This document shows, piece after piece, positions 29,063 through 38,970 of a stretch of 64,000 bases of DNA. Source of the stretch: an uncultured Bacteroidales bacterium (lineage in GTDB: Bacteria > Bacteroidota > Bacteroidia > Bacteroidales > JAGOPY01); contig CAZUDV010000006.1 in NCBI GenBank assembly GCA_964619555.1, positions 178,394-242,393 of the forward strand. The letters run 5' to 3'. The translations under genes were made by a program, and so were the position numbers. How positions within the stretch are numbered: position 1 is the first letter of the stretch; each line of letters opens with the position of its first letter. A model generated the notes under the pieces. It was given only the letters and a program-made list of their open reading frames with translations. It was not told the DNA's origin and searched no databases.

Positions 29063-30349
29063 ATGAAGAGAATCCTTACCAGTTTATTGACCGCTATTCT
29101 TCCAATATTAATATATTCACAGGACGAACCGGCTTTCGGAATTAAATTCTCCGGCTTTGTCAAGTCTGACATCATCTGGGATTCCAGGCAAACAGTTGAC
29201 CTGCGCGAAGGGCATTTCCTGCTGTTTCCCAAACCGGTAGTGGAAGATAAGGATGGTAATGATATCAATGCCAGGGCCAGCTTTAACTTTCTGAGCATCC
29301 AAAGCAGGATCAGAGGGGATATTAAAGGGCCTGACGCTTTGGGAGCTAAAACCTCAGGGGCTATTGAAGCTGAGTTCTTTGGAACTTCCGATGCCGATAT
29401 GAACGGATTCCGGCTGCGTCATGCCTATGTCAAACTCAACTGGAAAACCACTGAACTCATGTTAGGACAGATGTGGCATCCCATGTTCATCACTTCTAGT
29501 TACCCCGAAGTCATTTCATTCAATACAGGGGCCCCGTTCACCGTATTTTCAAGAAATCCTCAGATTCGTATTACCCAGGATATCAAGGGTTTCCGCATTA
29601 TTGCCACGGCTTTGTCACAAATCGATTTTAAAAGTCCCGGTCCGGATGGCGTGAGTTCCAAATACATTCGGAATTCCGCCATCCCTTCTTTGAACCTGAA
29701 CCTGGAATACTCCAGAAAGAACACCGAAACTGGCCGTGAAGTCCTTTTCGGCATTGCCGGAAATTTCAAAAGACTCATTCCCCGTCTTGTTTCGGATAGT
29801 GGTTATAAAACCACCGAAGGCATCAATTCCATGCTGGGTATGGCGTATATGAAATTCGGCTTCCCGAAATTCGTCATTAAAGCCGCGGGATTCTACGGTC
29901 AGAACACTTATGATTACACGATGCTGGGCGGCTATTGCACAGATGCGGTGGGACCTGCTGAACAGGGTTTTGTTAAGTACGTGAATGTCAATACGATGTC
30001 AGTATGGACTGATCTTATGACCACAGGGAAGAAAATGCAGGCCGGTCTGTTTATTGGTTATTCGAAAAATTACGGCATCAATGAAAATGACCTTATCACG
30101 AATTCTGCCACCGGGCCGTTCTATTCCAGGGGAAAGGACGTTGCCGGCAAAGGATTCGAAAATGATGATATCGGGTATATGTACCGGATCTCCCCGCGTT
30201 TCATATACAATGCCGGAAAACTAAGAATTGCCCCGGAAATTGAATATACGGTAGCCGGATATGGCAACGCAGATGCAAAGGGACTGGTCGAAGATGCCGA
30301 ACCAGTCGGTAATTTCCGTTTCCTGGTCGGGATCTTTTATTTCTTTTAA
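29063..30349 (+). CDS. outer-membrane beta-barrel porin-like protein
   Basis: 428 aa. Signal peptide MKRILTSLLTAILPILIYSQ, alternating beta-strand pattern, and C-terminus FLVGIFYFF. Confidence 0.6.
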   Translation: MKRILTSLLTAILPILIYSQDEPAFGIKFSGFVKSDIIWDSRQTVDLREGHFLLFPKPVVEDKDGNDINARASFNFLSIQSRIRGDIKGPDALGAKTSGAIEAEFFGTSDADMNGFRLRHAYVKLNWKTTELMLGQMWHPMFITSSYPEVISFNTGAPFTVFSRNPQIRITQDIKGFRIIATALSQIDFKSPGPDGVSSKYIRNSAIPSLNLNLEYSRKNTETGREVLFGIAGNFKRLIPRLVSDSGYKTTEGINSMLGMAYMKFGFPKFVIKAAGFYGQNTYDYTMLGGYCTDAVGPAEQGFVKYVNVNTMSVWTDLMTTGKKMQAGLFIGYSKNYGINENDLITNSATGPFYSRGKDVAGKGFENDDIGYMYRISPRFIYNAGKLRIAPEIEYTVAGYGNADAKGLVEDAEPVGNFRFLVGIFYFF

Positions 30350-30397
30350 TATGAACCCAATAACAATTAAATTATAACTAACTAATTCATAAGTATT

Positions 30398-32311
30398 ATG
30401 ATTAAAAAAATCTCAAGTTTTGTTGACTATTTTCAGCAATACCATGAAAGCGTAACGGATCCGGAAGGATACTGGGGGAAAATTGCCGAAACCTTCAACT
30501 GGCACCAGAAGTGGGATAAAGTTCTGGAATGGAACTTTACTGAACCGAATGTGAAATGGTTTAAAAACGGCAAGCTGAATATCACCGAAAACATTTTTGA
30601 AAGAAACCTGCCGGCACACAAGGACCAGGTCGCTCTTGTCTGGGAACCGAATGACCCGAAAGAACCGGAAAGAAAGCTGACTTATGGCGAACTATACGAA
30701 AAGGTTTGTGAATTCGCCAATGCATTGATCAGGCTGGGAATTAAGAAAGGCGACAGAGTAGCTATCTATCTTCCGATGGTCCCGGAGTTGCCCATTGCCA
30801 TGCTTGCCTGTGCCAGAATTGGGGCAATCCACAGCATTGTATTCGCCGGTTTCTCTTCCAATTCACTGGCTGACCGAATCAATGACTCCGAATGCAAACT
30901 GGTCATTACGTCCGATGGGTTATTCCGCGGTTCAAAAAATGTGCACCTGAAATCGATCGTGGATGAGGCCCTGGCAATCTGCCCTTCCGTTGAACACGTG
31001 GTTGTTCTGCACCGGACCGGTGATAACATTCAGATGAAAGAAGGCAGGGATATCTGGTGGGACGATTTCATTGCAGGCGTATCGAAAGAAAACAAGGCAG
31101 AGGTCATGGATGCCGAGGATACCCTCTTTATTCTTTACACCTCCGGGTCGACAGGTAAACCGAAAGGCGTTCTTCATACGATCGGCGGATACATGGTATT
31201 TGCAGAATTCACATTCCTCAATGTATTCCAGGTCAATCCGGGGGACATGTACTGGTGTACCGCTGATATTGGCTGGGTCACCGGGCATACTTACATTGTT
31301 TACGGACCATTACTGGCAGGGGCCACTTCCATTATGTTCGAAGGTGTGCCTACTTATCCGGATCCGGGTCGATTCTGGGAAGTGGTTGACAAATACAAAG
31401 TAACCCATTTCTATACCGCACCAACCGCGATCCGCGCCCTGATTGCCCAGGGAGATGAATGGGTGAGGTCTAAAGACCTGTCTTCCCTGAAAGTGCTCGG
31501 TTCCGTCGGGGAACCCATTAACGAAGAAGCATGGCGCTGGTACCACGACCTGGTTGGAAAAGGCAAATGCCCTATCGTCGATACCTGGTGGCAGACCGAA
31601 ACTGGCGGGATCCTGATCACCCCATTGGCTGGGATCACCCCTACCAAACCTTCCTTTGCAACCCTTCCTTTGCCGGGTGTCCAGCCAGTCCTGGTCGACA
31701 ATGAAGGAAATATCCTGGAAGGCAACAATGTCCAGGGTAATCTTTGCATCAAATTTCCCTGGCCGGGTATGATCCGGTCCACTTACGGCGATCATGAACG
31801 TTGCAGGTTGAATTACTTTTCTACCTACCGTGGATTATATTTCACCGGAGACGGCGCCAAACGCGATGAAGAAGGCTATTACCGCATATTGGGCCGGGTC
31901 GACGATGTGATCAATGTTTCCGGTCATCGGATTGGCACAGCCGAAGTGGAAGATGCCATCAACCAGCATCCGAAAGTCGTGGAATCAGCTGTCGTAGGCT
32001 ATCCGCACGAGATCAAAGGATCTGGCATCTATGCTTATGTCACCTGCGATGCGCTTTCTGAAGATGAAGCCCAGAATATTGAAAAGGAGATCGCCGATAT
32101 TGTCTCCAAAATCATCGGCCCAATAGCAAAACCGGATAAAATCCAGATTGTAAGCGGACTTCCCAAAACGCGTTCCGGCAAGATCATGCGCCGTATTCTC
32201 CGTAAGATCGGGGAAGGCGACGCCACCAGCCTGGGCGACACTTCTACCCTGCTTGACCCGGGTGTTGTCGAAGAGATCATTCGCGGCGCCAAGGTCGAAG
32301 TAAAACGATAA
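30398..32311 (+). CDS. acs: acetyl-CoA synthetase (AMP-forming)
   Basis: 637 aa. Contains YTSGSTGKPKG, WWQTETGG, YFTGDGAKRDEEGYYRILGRVDDVINVSGHRIGTAE and PKTRSGKIMRR. Confidence 0.95.
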   Translation: MIKKISSFVDYFQQYHESVTDPEGYWGKIAETFNWHQKWDKVLEWNFTEPNVKWFKNGKLNITENIFERNLPAHKDQVALVWEPNDPKEPERKLTYGELYEKVCEFANALIRLGIKKGDRVAIYLPMVPELPIAMLACARIGAIHSIVFAGFSSNSLADRINDSECKLVITSDGLFRGSKNVHLKSIVDEALAICPSVEHVVVLHRTGDNIQMKEGRDIWWDDFIAGVSKENKAEVMDAEDTLFILYTSGSTGKPKGVLHTIGGYMVFAEFTFLNVFQVNPGDMYWCTADIGWVTGHTYIVYGPLLAGATSIMFEGVPTYPDPGRFWEVVDKYKVTHFYTAPTAIRALIAQGDEWVRSKDLSSLKVLGSVGEPINEEAWRWYHDLVGKGKCPIVDTWWQTETGGILITPLAGITPTKPSFATLPLPGVQPVLVDNEGNILEGNNVQGNLCIKFPWPGMIRSTYGDHERCRLNYFSTYRGLYFTGDGAKRDEEGYYRILGRVDDVINVSGHRIGTAEVEDAINQHPKVVESAVVGYPHEIKGSGIYAYVTCDALSEDEAQNIEKEIADIVSKIIGPIAKPDKIQIVSGLPKTRSGKIMRRILRKIGEGDATSLGDTSTLLDPGVVEEIIRGAKVEVKR

Positions 32312-32320
32312 TACATTCTG

Positions 32321-32357
32321 CCGGCAGCACCGCCTTTTCAAAAGGCAGTGCTGCCGG
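32321..32357 (+). terminator. stem-loop after acs (terminator or attenuator)
   Basis: CCGGCAGCAC ... GTGCTGCCGG, a 10-bp perfect stem plus 3 inner pairs around a TTTTCAAAA loop, followed by GTTTG. Confidence 0.45.
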
Positions 32358-32364
32358 GTTTGAA

Positions 32365-33666
32365 ATGACAGAAGTTAAAAACCAAATTATGAACTCGAAA
32401 AAAACTATGAACCGCAACCTGGTTGTAGTTGGGGCAATTATGATCCAACTTGCACTGGGAGCCATTTATGCCTGGTCAGTTTATACCAAATCGCTGAAGG
32501 AAGCGGGCTGGTCGAAACAGGAAACACAGATGGTCTTTTCGGCAGGCCTGGCTTTGTTTGCCATCGTCATGGTCATTGCCAGCCGGTTCCTGCAAAATCC
32601 GAAAGTCGGTCCAAAGAGACTGGCCATGGCCAGCGGCTTTGTGCTCAGCATCGGGTATATACTCGCGGGGATTTTCGGAGCTGAAAATTTTACCACCACT
32701 TTCATTTTTGTCGGAATAGTCGGAGGTGCCGGTATCGGGATCGGATACGTTGTACCTATTGCAGTGGGTATCAAATGGTTCCCGGACAAAAAGGGCCTGA
32801 TAACCGGCCTTGCCGTGGCGGGATTCGGTTTCGGTGCAACTCTCTGGATGACCCTTGCCGACAGACTTGGTCCGCTCGGAGGTGGTGAATTGATTGCGAA
32901 AATGGGCGTATCCAATACTTTTATCATTTTTGGAATCGCCTATTTCGTTTTGGTCGAGATCGGCAGCCTATGGATGTCTTTCCCGCCCGACGGCTTTAAA
33001 CCTGCCGGATGGGAACCTCCTGCAGTGACAACATCCAAAGCCGTGTCGTCCAATGTCGCCCTCACCAGCAGTGAAATGCTGAGGACACCCCAGTTCTACC
33101 TCATCCTCCTTACATTTGCTTTCGGTGCAAGCGCCGGTTTAATGAGCATCGGCCTGATGAAACTCTGGCCCATGGAAGCCATGGAAGCGAACGGGATCTC
33201 TGTCGAACACGCCAGCGCTGCCGCCACACTTGCTATGGCCGTATTCTTCGCCCTCTTCAACGGATTGGGAAGAATAGTGTGGGGGATGATCAGCGACCGG
33301 ATCGGACGAAAACTTTCGATCATCATTATGGCTGCCACACAGGGCGTGTTCGTCTTCCTTTTCCAGTACATGGCTGGGAATGAATACACGTTATACCTTT
33401 TTGCCATGTTGATCGGGTTCAATTTCGGTGGAAATTTTGCCCTCTTCCCCACCCTTACCGCCGATGTTTTTGGCGTTAAAAATGTCGGAATGAACTATAG
33501 CTGGGTATTCCTGGCTTACGCCATCGGAGGCATTTTCGGACCTATCATGGGCGGAAAACTGGGAGATATGAATAACTTCCCGCTGGCATTCACTATTTGC
33601 GGAATCCTTTGCATCCTGGCCGTGGTTACTATTTCGATGGTCAGACCGGCTGTGAAAAAGGACTGA
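32365..33666 (+). CDS. MFS transporter, oxalate/formate antiporter (OFA) family-like
   Basis: 433 aa, about 12 TM helices. The N-terminal GAIYAWSVY motif is typical of OFA-type MFS proteins. The start may be a downstream Met (32389 or 32407). Confidence 0.8.
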   Translation: MTEVKNQIMNSKKTMNRNLVVVGAIMIQLALGAIYAWSVYTKSLKEAGWSKQETQMVFSAGLALFAIVMVIASRFLQNPKVGPKRLAMASGFVLSIGYILAGIFGAENFTTTFIFVGIVGGAGIGIGYVVPIAVGIKWFPDKKGLITGLAVAGFGFGATLWMTLADRLGPLGGGELIAKMGVSNTFIIFGIAYFVLVEIGSLWMSFPPDGFKPAGWEPPAVTTSKAVSSNVALTSSEMLRTPQFYLILLTFAFGASAGLMSIGLMKLWPMEAMEANGISVEHASAAATLAMAVFFALFNGLGRIVWGMISDRIGRKLSIIIMAATQGVFVFLFQYMAGNEYTLYLFAMLIGFNFGGNFALFPTLTADVFGVKNVGMNYSWVFLAYAIGGIFGPIMGGKLGDMNNFPLAFTICGILCILAVVTISMVRPAVKKD

Positions 33667-33694
33667 CAAGTATTCCGAGACCATATAGAGATTA

Positions 33695-33743
33695 AAGAAT
33701 CCGGGCCCTGGTCATTAATATCTGACCATTTACCCGGATTCTT
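33695..33743 (+). terminator. compound stem-loop after the MFS gene
   Basis: Outer stem AAGAATCCGGG/CCCGGATTCTT and inner stem TGGTCA/TGACCA. Confidence 0.5.
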
Positions 33744-33845
33744 CATTCTTCGGCTTCTGACACCCGGTTCCTGTCTCCCTATCCCCCTCTCCGGCATACC
33801 TATTCTAAATTCTATCCTTCCTGTTAATTTTTTCACAAAATATCA

Positions 33846-33853
33846 TACCTTTG
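33846..33853 (+). promoter_or_regulatory. -7 box TACCTTTG for the pat-like gene
   Basis: Exact TAnnTTTG match, 35 nt upstream of ATG 33889. Confidence 0.4.
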
Positions 33854-33888
33854 TCATCGTTTTAAAAATCGAATAAATCTGTCTATAT

Positions 33889-36588
33889 ATGGCTTTCAAA
33901 ACATTGCAAAAGATATTCAGGCCGCAGCGAATTGCTATCATCGGAGTCTCCAATGACCCGAACAGTGTTGGTGGAATAACACTGAGAAATCTGGTATCGG
34001 GAGGCTTCCAGGGAGTCGTTTATCCGGTCAATCCCAAGTATGAAGCGGTAATGGGGATTCCCTGCTACAAGGATGTGAAAAGTCTCCCCAAAGTTCCGGA
34101 TCTGGCCGTGATCTGTACCAATGCCAAAAGTGTCCCTGGCCTTATTAAAGAATGCGGAGAAACCGGCATTCTGGGCATCATCATCATCTCAGCGGGCTTC
34201 AAGGAGACCGGCGAAGAGGGCAGAAAACTGGAGGAACAGGTAAAAGCTGAAGTGGCCAGGTTCCCGGGTATGAGGGTTATAGGCCCTAACTGCCTCGGAA
34301 TCATAGTACCCGGACATAACATGAATGTCAGCTTCGCCAATGGCATGCCTAAAAAGGGACATGTAGCATTTATCTCTCAATCCGGAGCTCTGTGTACGTC
34401 AGCGCTGGACTGGGCATTTGAGGAAAATGTCGGCTTCTCTTACTTCGTATCGATCGGTAATACCATGGATATCGGATTTGGTGACCTGATCGACTTTTTC
34501 GGGCAGGATCCCAATACGCGTTCCATAGTTCTCTATGTCGAATCCGTTTCCAAAGCCAGGCAGTTTATGACGGCAGCCCGTGCTTTTGCCCGGAAAAAGC
34601 CTATCATTGTTTATAAAGCCGGGCGGTTCCCCGAATCTGCCGCTGCGGCAGCTTCGCACACAGGCGCAATGGCCTCTGAAGACTCCGTATATGACGCTGT
34701 TTTCCAAAGAGCAGGGATAGCCAGGGTTTATGATATCAGCGATATCTTTAATTTCACCGAATTGATGGCCCAGCGGAATATCCCCAAGGGTAGGAACCTG
34801 GCCATTATCACCAATGCCGGTGGACCGGGTGTTATGGCCACCGACGCCCTGATCTCCATGAACGGTAAGCTGACTAAGCTCTCCGATGAAACGATGAAGA
34901 AACTGAACGATTTCCTGCCTCCTTTCTGGTCGCACGGAAACCCGGTCGATGTACTGGGGGATGCCCCACCGGATCGATTTGCAAAAGCTACCCAGATCGT
35001 TCTGGAAGACCCGGAAGTGGATGCGGCTCTTGTCATTCTTACACCCCAGGCCATGACAAATCCCACGGCAACGGCACAGGAAGTCGCCAAACTCTCCGAT
35101 CATACGACCAAACCTATAATGGCAGCCTGGCTCGGCGGCCAAAGCATGAAAGAAGGAATCAGCATCTTCAATAAACATGGATTATCCACCTATGATACCC
35201 CGGAAGCAGCGATCCGTGCCTTCATGACCCTTGCCAGATACTCCCGTAATTTGGATTCTCTCTTCGAAACCCCGAAGGATTTCCCGGTTTCTTTCACTCT
35301 CGACAGGGAAAAAGTCCGGAAAGAATTTGTTCAAAAACATTTCAAGGAAGAAAGGATCCTGTCAGAAGCTGTGTCCAAATCTCTTCTGGCTGCTTACGGA
35401 ATCGCCACCACTCAGCCCCAGGTAGCCAAATCAGCCATGGAAGCTGCAGATATTGCCAATAAGATCGGCTATCCGGTGGTCATGAAGATCCATTCCCCGG
35501 ATATCACCCATAAATCAGATATGGGAGGGGTAGTCCTGAATATTAAGGAAGAAGACGGCGTTTGGACCACTTTTAAGAGCATGACCAAATCCATTAAGGA
35601 AAAAATGCCTGAAGCCCGGATAGAGGGAGTTACCATACAACCCATGGTGAATGTGAAAGACGCCACTGAAATGATCCTTGGTATCAAGAAAGACCCGGTG
35701 TTTGGGACTGTCCTCCTGGTGGGTATGGGTGGTGTCGGAGCGGAAGTGTTCCAGGATACAAAACTCGCATTTCCCCCTCTGAATGAGAGGCTTACCATCA
35801 ATATGCTGAAATCGCTCAAGATCTATCCGTTCCTTAAGGGATACCGGGGTGCCCCGGCCAAGGATATCGATAAGTTGATGGAAGTGATCATCCGCCTGTC
35901 ATACCTGGCTGCTGATTATCCTGAAATTACAGAGCTGGATATCAATCCGTTGCTGGTCGGAACAAATGACGTCATTGCCCTGGATGCCAGGATCGTCATC
36001 GATCAGGAACTGGTCGGACGCGAGCTGGCTCAATTCTCCCACTTGCTGATCCACCCTTACCCGGATAAATACACCAAGCCGGCTAAGCTCATCGATGGGA
36101 CCACCGTGCTGTTCAGGCCGATCAAACCGGAAGACGAGCCACTATGGCTGGAACTGCTTGGAAGTTGTTCCAAAGAATCCATCTATTCAAGGTTCCGTTA
36201 CAACTTCCATTACGATTCGCATGAAATTGCCACGCAGTTCTGTTTCATTGATTATGCAAGGGAAATCGCCATTGTCGCCGAAATCATTGAAAACGGCGCC
36301 AAAAAACTGATAGGCGTCGGAAGACTCATAGCTGACCTGGACCACGAAACCGTTGAATATGCTGTTTTGATTTCAGATGCCTGGCAGAAGAAAGAACTCG
36401 GCACCTTATTGACCGAATATTGCGTGGACATTGCCCGCCAGTGGCACCTGAAAAGGGTTGCGGCTGAAACTACCAAGGACAATCAGGCCATGATCTCAGT
36501 GTTCAAAAAACTGGGATTCAAGGTAGTGTTCAACCAGGATACCGGCGTGAGCGTTTCCCTCGATCTTAGCGAAGTACCTGCTCAATAG
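33889..36588 (+). CDS. pat: ADP-forming acetyl-CoA synthetase-like protein fused to a GNAT domain (Pat/YfiQ-type protein lysine acetyltransferase architecture)
   Basis: 899 aa. CoA-binding N-terminus (PQRIAIIGVSNDPNSVGG), succinyl-CoA-synthetase-like region with AAASHTGAMAS, an ATP-grasp region, and a C-terminal GNAT (ISDAWQKKELGTLL ... VFKKLGFKV). Confidence 0.85.
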   Translation: MAFKTLQKIFRPQRIAIIGVSNDPNSVGGITLRNLVSGGFQGVVYPVNPKYEAVMGIPCYKDVKSLPKVPDLAVICTNAKSVPGLIKECGETGILGIIIISAGFKETGEEGRKLEEQVKAEVARFPGMRVIGPNCLGIIVPGHNMNVSFANGMPKKGHVAFISQSGALCTSALDWAFEENVGFSYFVSIGNTMDIGFGDLIDFFGQDPNTRSIVLYVESVSKARQFMTAARAFARKKPIIVYKAGRFPESAAAAASHTGAMASEDSVYDAVFQRAGIARVYDISDIFNFTELMAQRNIPKGRNLAIITNAGGPGVMATDALISMNGKLTKLSDETMKKLNDFLPPFWSHGNPVDVLGDAPPDRFAKATQIVLEDPEVDAALVILTPQAMTNPTATAQEVAKLSDHTTKPIMAAWLGGQSMKEGISIFNKHGLSTYDTPEAAIRAFMTLARYSRNLDSLFETPKDFPVSFTLDREKVRKEFVQKHFKEERILSEAVSKSLLAAYGIATTQPQVAKSAMEAADIANKIGYPVVMKIHSPDITHKSDMGGVVLNIKEEDGVWTTFKSMTKSIKEKMPEARIEGVTIQPMVNVKDATEMILGIKKDPVFGTVLLVGMGGVGAEVFQDTKLAFPPLNERLTINMLKSLKIYPFLKGYRGAPAKDIDKLMEVIIRLSYLAADYPEITELDINPLLVGTNDVIALDARIVIDQELVGRELAQFSHLLIHPYPDKYTKPAKLIDGTTVLFRPIKPEDEPLWLELLGSCSKESIYSRFRYNFHYDSHEIATQFCFIDYAREIAIVAEIIENGAKKLIGVGRLIADLDHETVEYAVLISDAWQKKELGTLLTEYCVDIARQWHLKRVAAETTKDNQAMISVFKKLGFKVVFNQDTGVSVSLDLSEVPAQ

Positions 36589-37141
36589 CGCCGCACAGGC
36601 TATTGAAAATATAGTCTATCGAACCTACCCCAAGGATGGAGGAAAATTTGCCCTGCCGGCGATAGTGTTCCATCAGGGGGTGGGTTTGTTGATGATATAC
36701 TTTCATTCTGTTCCGGATAACTTCCTCCGTGTCATCTTTCCGGCCTTCTGCCTGGGCTCTCTTCAGCAGCCGGGTGACAATTTCTTCTTCATCCACGTCC
36801 AGGGCAAGCACCTGGTTCACTTTGTTCCCGGTCTCGGCAAGTAATGCATCCAGGTCATGTGCCTGCCGGATGGTCCTCGGAAAACCATCAAAAACAAATC
36901 CCGAAGGACTACCGGCCTGTTGCAATGCTGAGCGTAAAATATCCACCAAAAGATCATCGGGTACCAGTTCACCCTTTTCTATGATTCCCTGGACTTTAAT
37001 TCCGAGAGGGGACTGGTTCCTGATCTCCTTTCGGAAGATATCTCCCGTGGAGATGTGGACCAGGTCGTACTTATCTGCTATTCTCACCGACTGGGTCCCT
37101 TTTCCTGATCCCGGAGGACCAAACAAGATTAAATTGAACAT
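36566..37141 (-). CDS. adk: adenylate kinase
   Basis: Start moved to ATG 37141, giving MFNLILFGPPGSGKGTQS (P-loop at the N-terminus). Short-lid type. The 3' end overlaps the pat 3' end by 23 nt. Confidence 0.9.
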   Translation of the reverse strand: MFNLILFGPPGSGKGTQSVRIADKYDLVHISTGDIFRKEIRNQSPLGIKVQGIIEKGELVPDDLLVDILRSALQQAGSPSGFVFDGFPRTIRQAHDLDALLAETGNKVNQVLALDVDEEEIVTRLLKRAQAEGRKDDTEEVIRNRMKVYHQQTHPLMEHYRRQGKFSSILGVGSIDYIFNSLCGAIEQVLR

Positions 37142-37186
37142 GTTTTTAATCACGTATAAAATATGGTTAATAATTGTTGATTTCTT

Positions 37187-37194
37187 CAAAATTA
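37187..37194 (-). promoter_or_regulatory. -7 box (TAATTTTG on the minus strand) for adk
   Basis: Exact TAnnTTTG match, 45 nt upstream of ATG 37141. Confidence 0.4.
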
Positions 37195-37233
37195 AACAAT
37201 TCCGGATTTGAAAAACAATCCCGGCAATTTATC

Positions 37234-37241
37234 TAATTTTG
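37234..37241 (+). promoter_or_regulatory. -7 box TAATTTTG for the DUF4271-hemD genes
   Basis: Exact match, 17 nt upstream of the TTG at 37259. Confidence 0.4.
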
Positions 37242-37258
37242 CACTTTGAAACCGAAAA

Positions 37259-38086
37259 TTGGAACCAATACCGTTCGACACTAATTATGTTACTCCCGGC
37301 CAGTCCGTCAGTGAATTCCTTGATCCGGGCCTGGCAGAAATGTGGCATAGTACTGTGTCAGGTTCGGGTGTGCCTTTGCCTTTCCTGCATACCTACCCCG
37401 GTCATATGGTGGTTCAACCCCTGGAAGCAGCCGGGCAGCAACACAGTTCCTGGGCTTTCTGGTTCATCTTAGCCGGTTTTTTCATTCTGACCCTTACGCG
37501 CTATTATTATGAAAAAAGGCTGAAACTTCTGGGTATTTCGGTGTTTAAAAGATCTGCCGCCCTGCAGCTCGTCAGGGAAAGCCCGCTTCATACTCACCAG
37601 AGTTTTATCCCATTACTCGGAATCTACATTATTTCACTGACCCTCCTGATCTTTCAAGCTACCGATATAACATCTCCCGGCTCGGCAAGCGGTCTGAACA
37701 GCCTGTTGTTGTTCGCAGGATTTTTGGGAGTGTACATCTTGGCTTTTTTACTTAAGATACTCATTATATGGCTGATAAGCATAATCTTTAAAAATCCATC
37801 AACAGCTTCGGAGTACATCCAGACCATACTGATTTACAACATAGTATTAGGCATTGTGCTGTTGCCACTGATCTTATTGATGGCGTTCGCTTTCAGGGAT
37901 ATCGTGCTTTATATTTCCCTGGGCATCGCATTAACTTTAATGGGACTGAGACTGATCAGGGGCTTAGCTATCGGTTTGTCCGATACAAATTTTTCATTGA
38001 TTCATTTATTTTTGTACCTTTGCACCCTCGAAATTTTGCCCCTGGCTTTTATAGCAAAATTTCTCAGCAAATATTTTTTCTCCTAG
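37259..38086 (+). CDS. DUF4271-like polytopic membrane protein
   Basis: 275 aa with about 6 TM helices. Its position immediately upstream of hemD is the arrangement I recall for DUF4271 in Bacteroidota. TTG start, so the N-terminus is uncertain. Confidence 0.55.
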   Translation: MEPIPFDTNYVTPGQSVSEFLDPGLAEMWHSTVSGSGVPLPFLHTYPGHMVVQPLEAAGQQHSSWAFWFILAGFFILTLTRYYYEKRLKLLGISVFKRSAALQLVRESPLHTHQSFIPLLGIYIISLTLLIFQATDITSPGSASGLNSLLLFAGFLGVYILAFLLKILIIWLISIIFKNPSTASEYIQTILIYNIVLGIVLLPLILLMAFAFRDIVLYISLGIALTLMGLRLIRGLAIGLSDTNFSLIHLFLYLCTLEILPLAFIAKFLSKYFFS

Positions 38087-38145
38087 CGGGAAAAAATGGT
38101 TGCCGCTGACGAAAGAAGTAGTTTTAACTGAATTAACGCAAACAG

Positions 38146-38892
38146 ATGAACATTCTGGTTTCGCAACCGCAGCCAACAGACCTTGAGAAATCTCCATACG
38201 GAGAACTGACGAAGAAGTATAATGTCAGGATCGATTTTCATAAATTTATAAAAATCGAAGGGGTACCGGCTAAAGAATTCCGCCAGTCAAGGATCAACCT
38301 GCTGGATTATTCAGCTGTTATCTTTACAAGTCGTAACGCTGTTGACCATTATTTCCGGATGGCCAAAGAATTAAGGGCCGATATTCCCCAGACAATGAAG
38401 TACTTCTGTATTTCTGAATCGACAGCATTCTATCTTCAGAAATATGTACAGTATCGAAAAAGGAAAATATTCCATGGCAAGCAAAATTTCGAAGAGCTCC
38501 TGGAGATCATAAAAAAGCATAAGGAGGAAAAGTACCTCCTGCCCTGTTCAGATATCCATAAAGCCAGTATATCAAAAAATCTGGAAGACTCCGGGATCAA
38601 TTACAATAAAGGTGTTTTCTACCGTACACTCGCCAGCGATCTATCCCACCTGGATATTAAGCAGTATGATATGCTGATATTTTTCAGTCCGTCCGGAATC
38701 GCATCGCTTTTCAAGAATTTCCCGAATTTCGCACAGAATAGCACCGTTATCGGCGCATTCGGGCCTACAACTTCCAAAGCTGTAAAAGATTCCGGGTTGA
38801 CCCTCAATATTGAAGCCCCTACTAAGTCCGCACCTTCAATGACGATGGCCATCGAAGAATATCTTCAGAAAAACCATAAAAAAACGAAATAA
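38146..38892 (+). CDS. hemD: uroporphyrinogen-III synthase
   Basis: 248 aa. HemD-like two-lobe pattern (ILVSQP ... AVIFTSRNAV ... LIFFSPSGI). Confidence 0.8.
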   Translation: MNILVSQPQPTDLEKSPYGELTKKYNVRIDFHKFIKIEGVPAKEFRQSRINLLDYSAVIFTSRNAVDHYFRMAKELRADIPQTMKYFCISESTAFYLQKYVQYRKRKIFHGKQNFEELLEIIKKHKEEKYLLPCSDIHKASISKNLEDSGINYNKGVFYRTLASDLSHLDIKQYDMLIFFSPSGIASLFKNFPNFAQNSTVIGAFGPTTSKAVKDSGLTLNIEAPTKSAPSMTMAIEEYLQKNHKKTK

Positions 38893-38970
38893 CTGGCCTG
38901 GGGACAAGGCTTTTTGATTTTCAGGTGCCAAATCCCCGGTAAATCAAACCGGAAGACAATATCTACCTGT

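Noticed and set aside
34399-35178. 259-aa minus-strand ORF
   Set aside because: It is antisense to the Pat-like gene, which has clear domain motifs in the plus frame.
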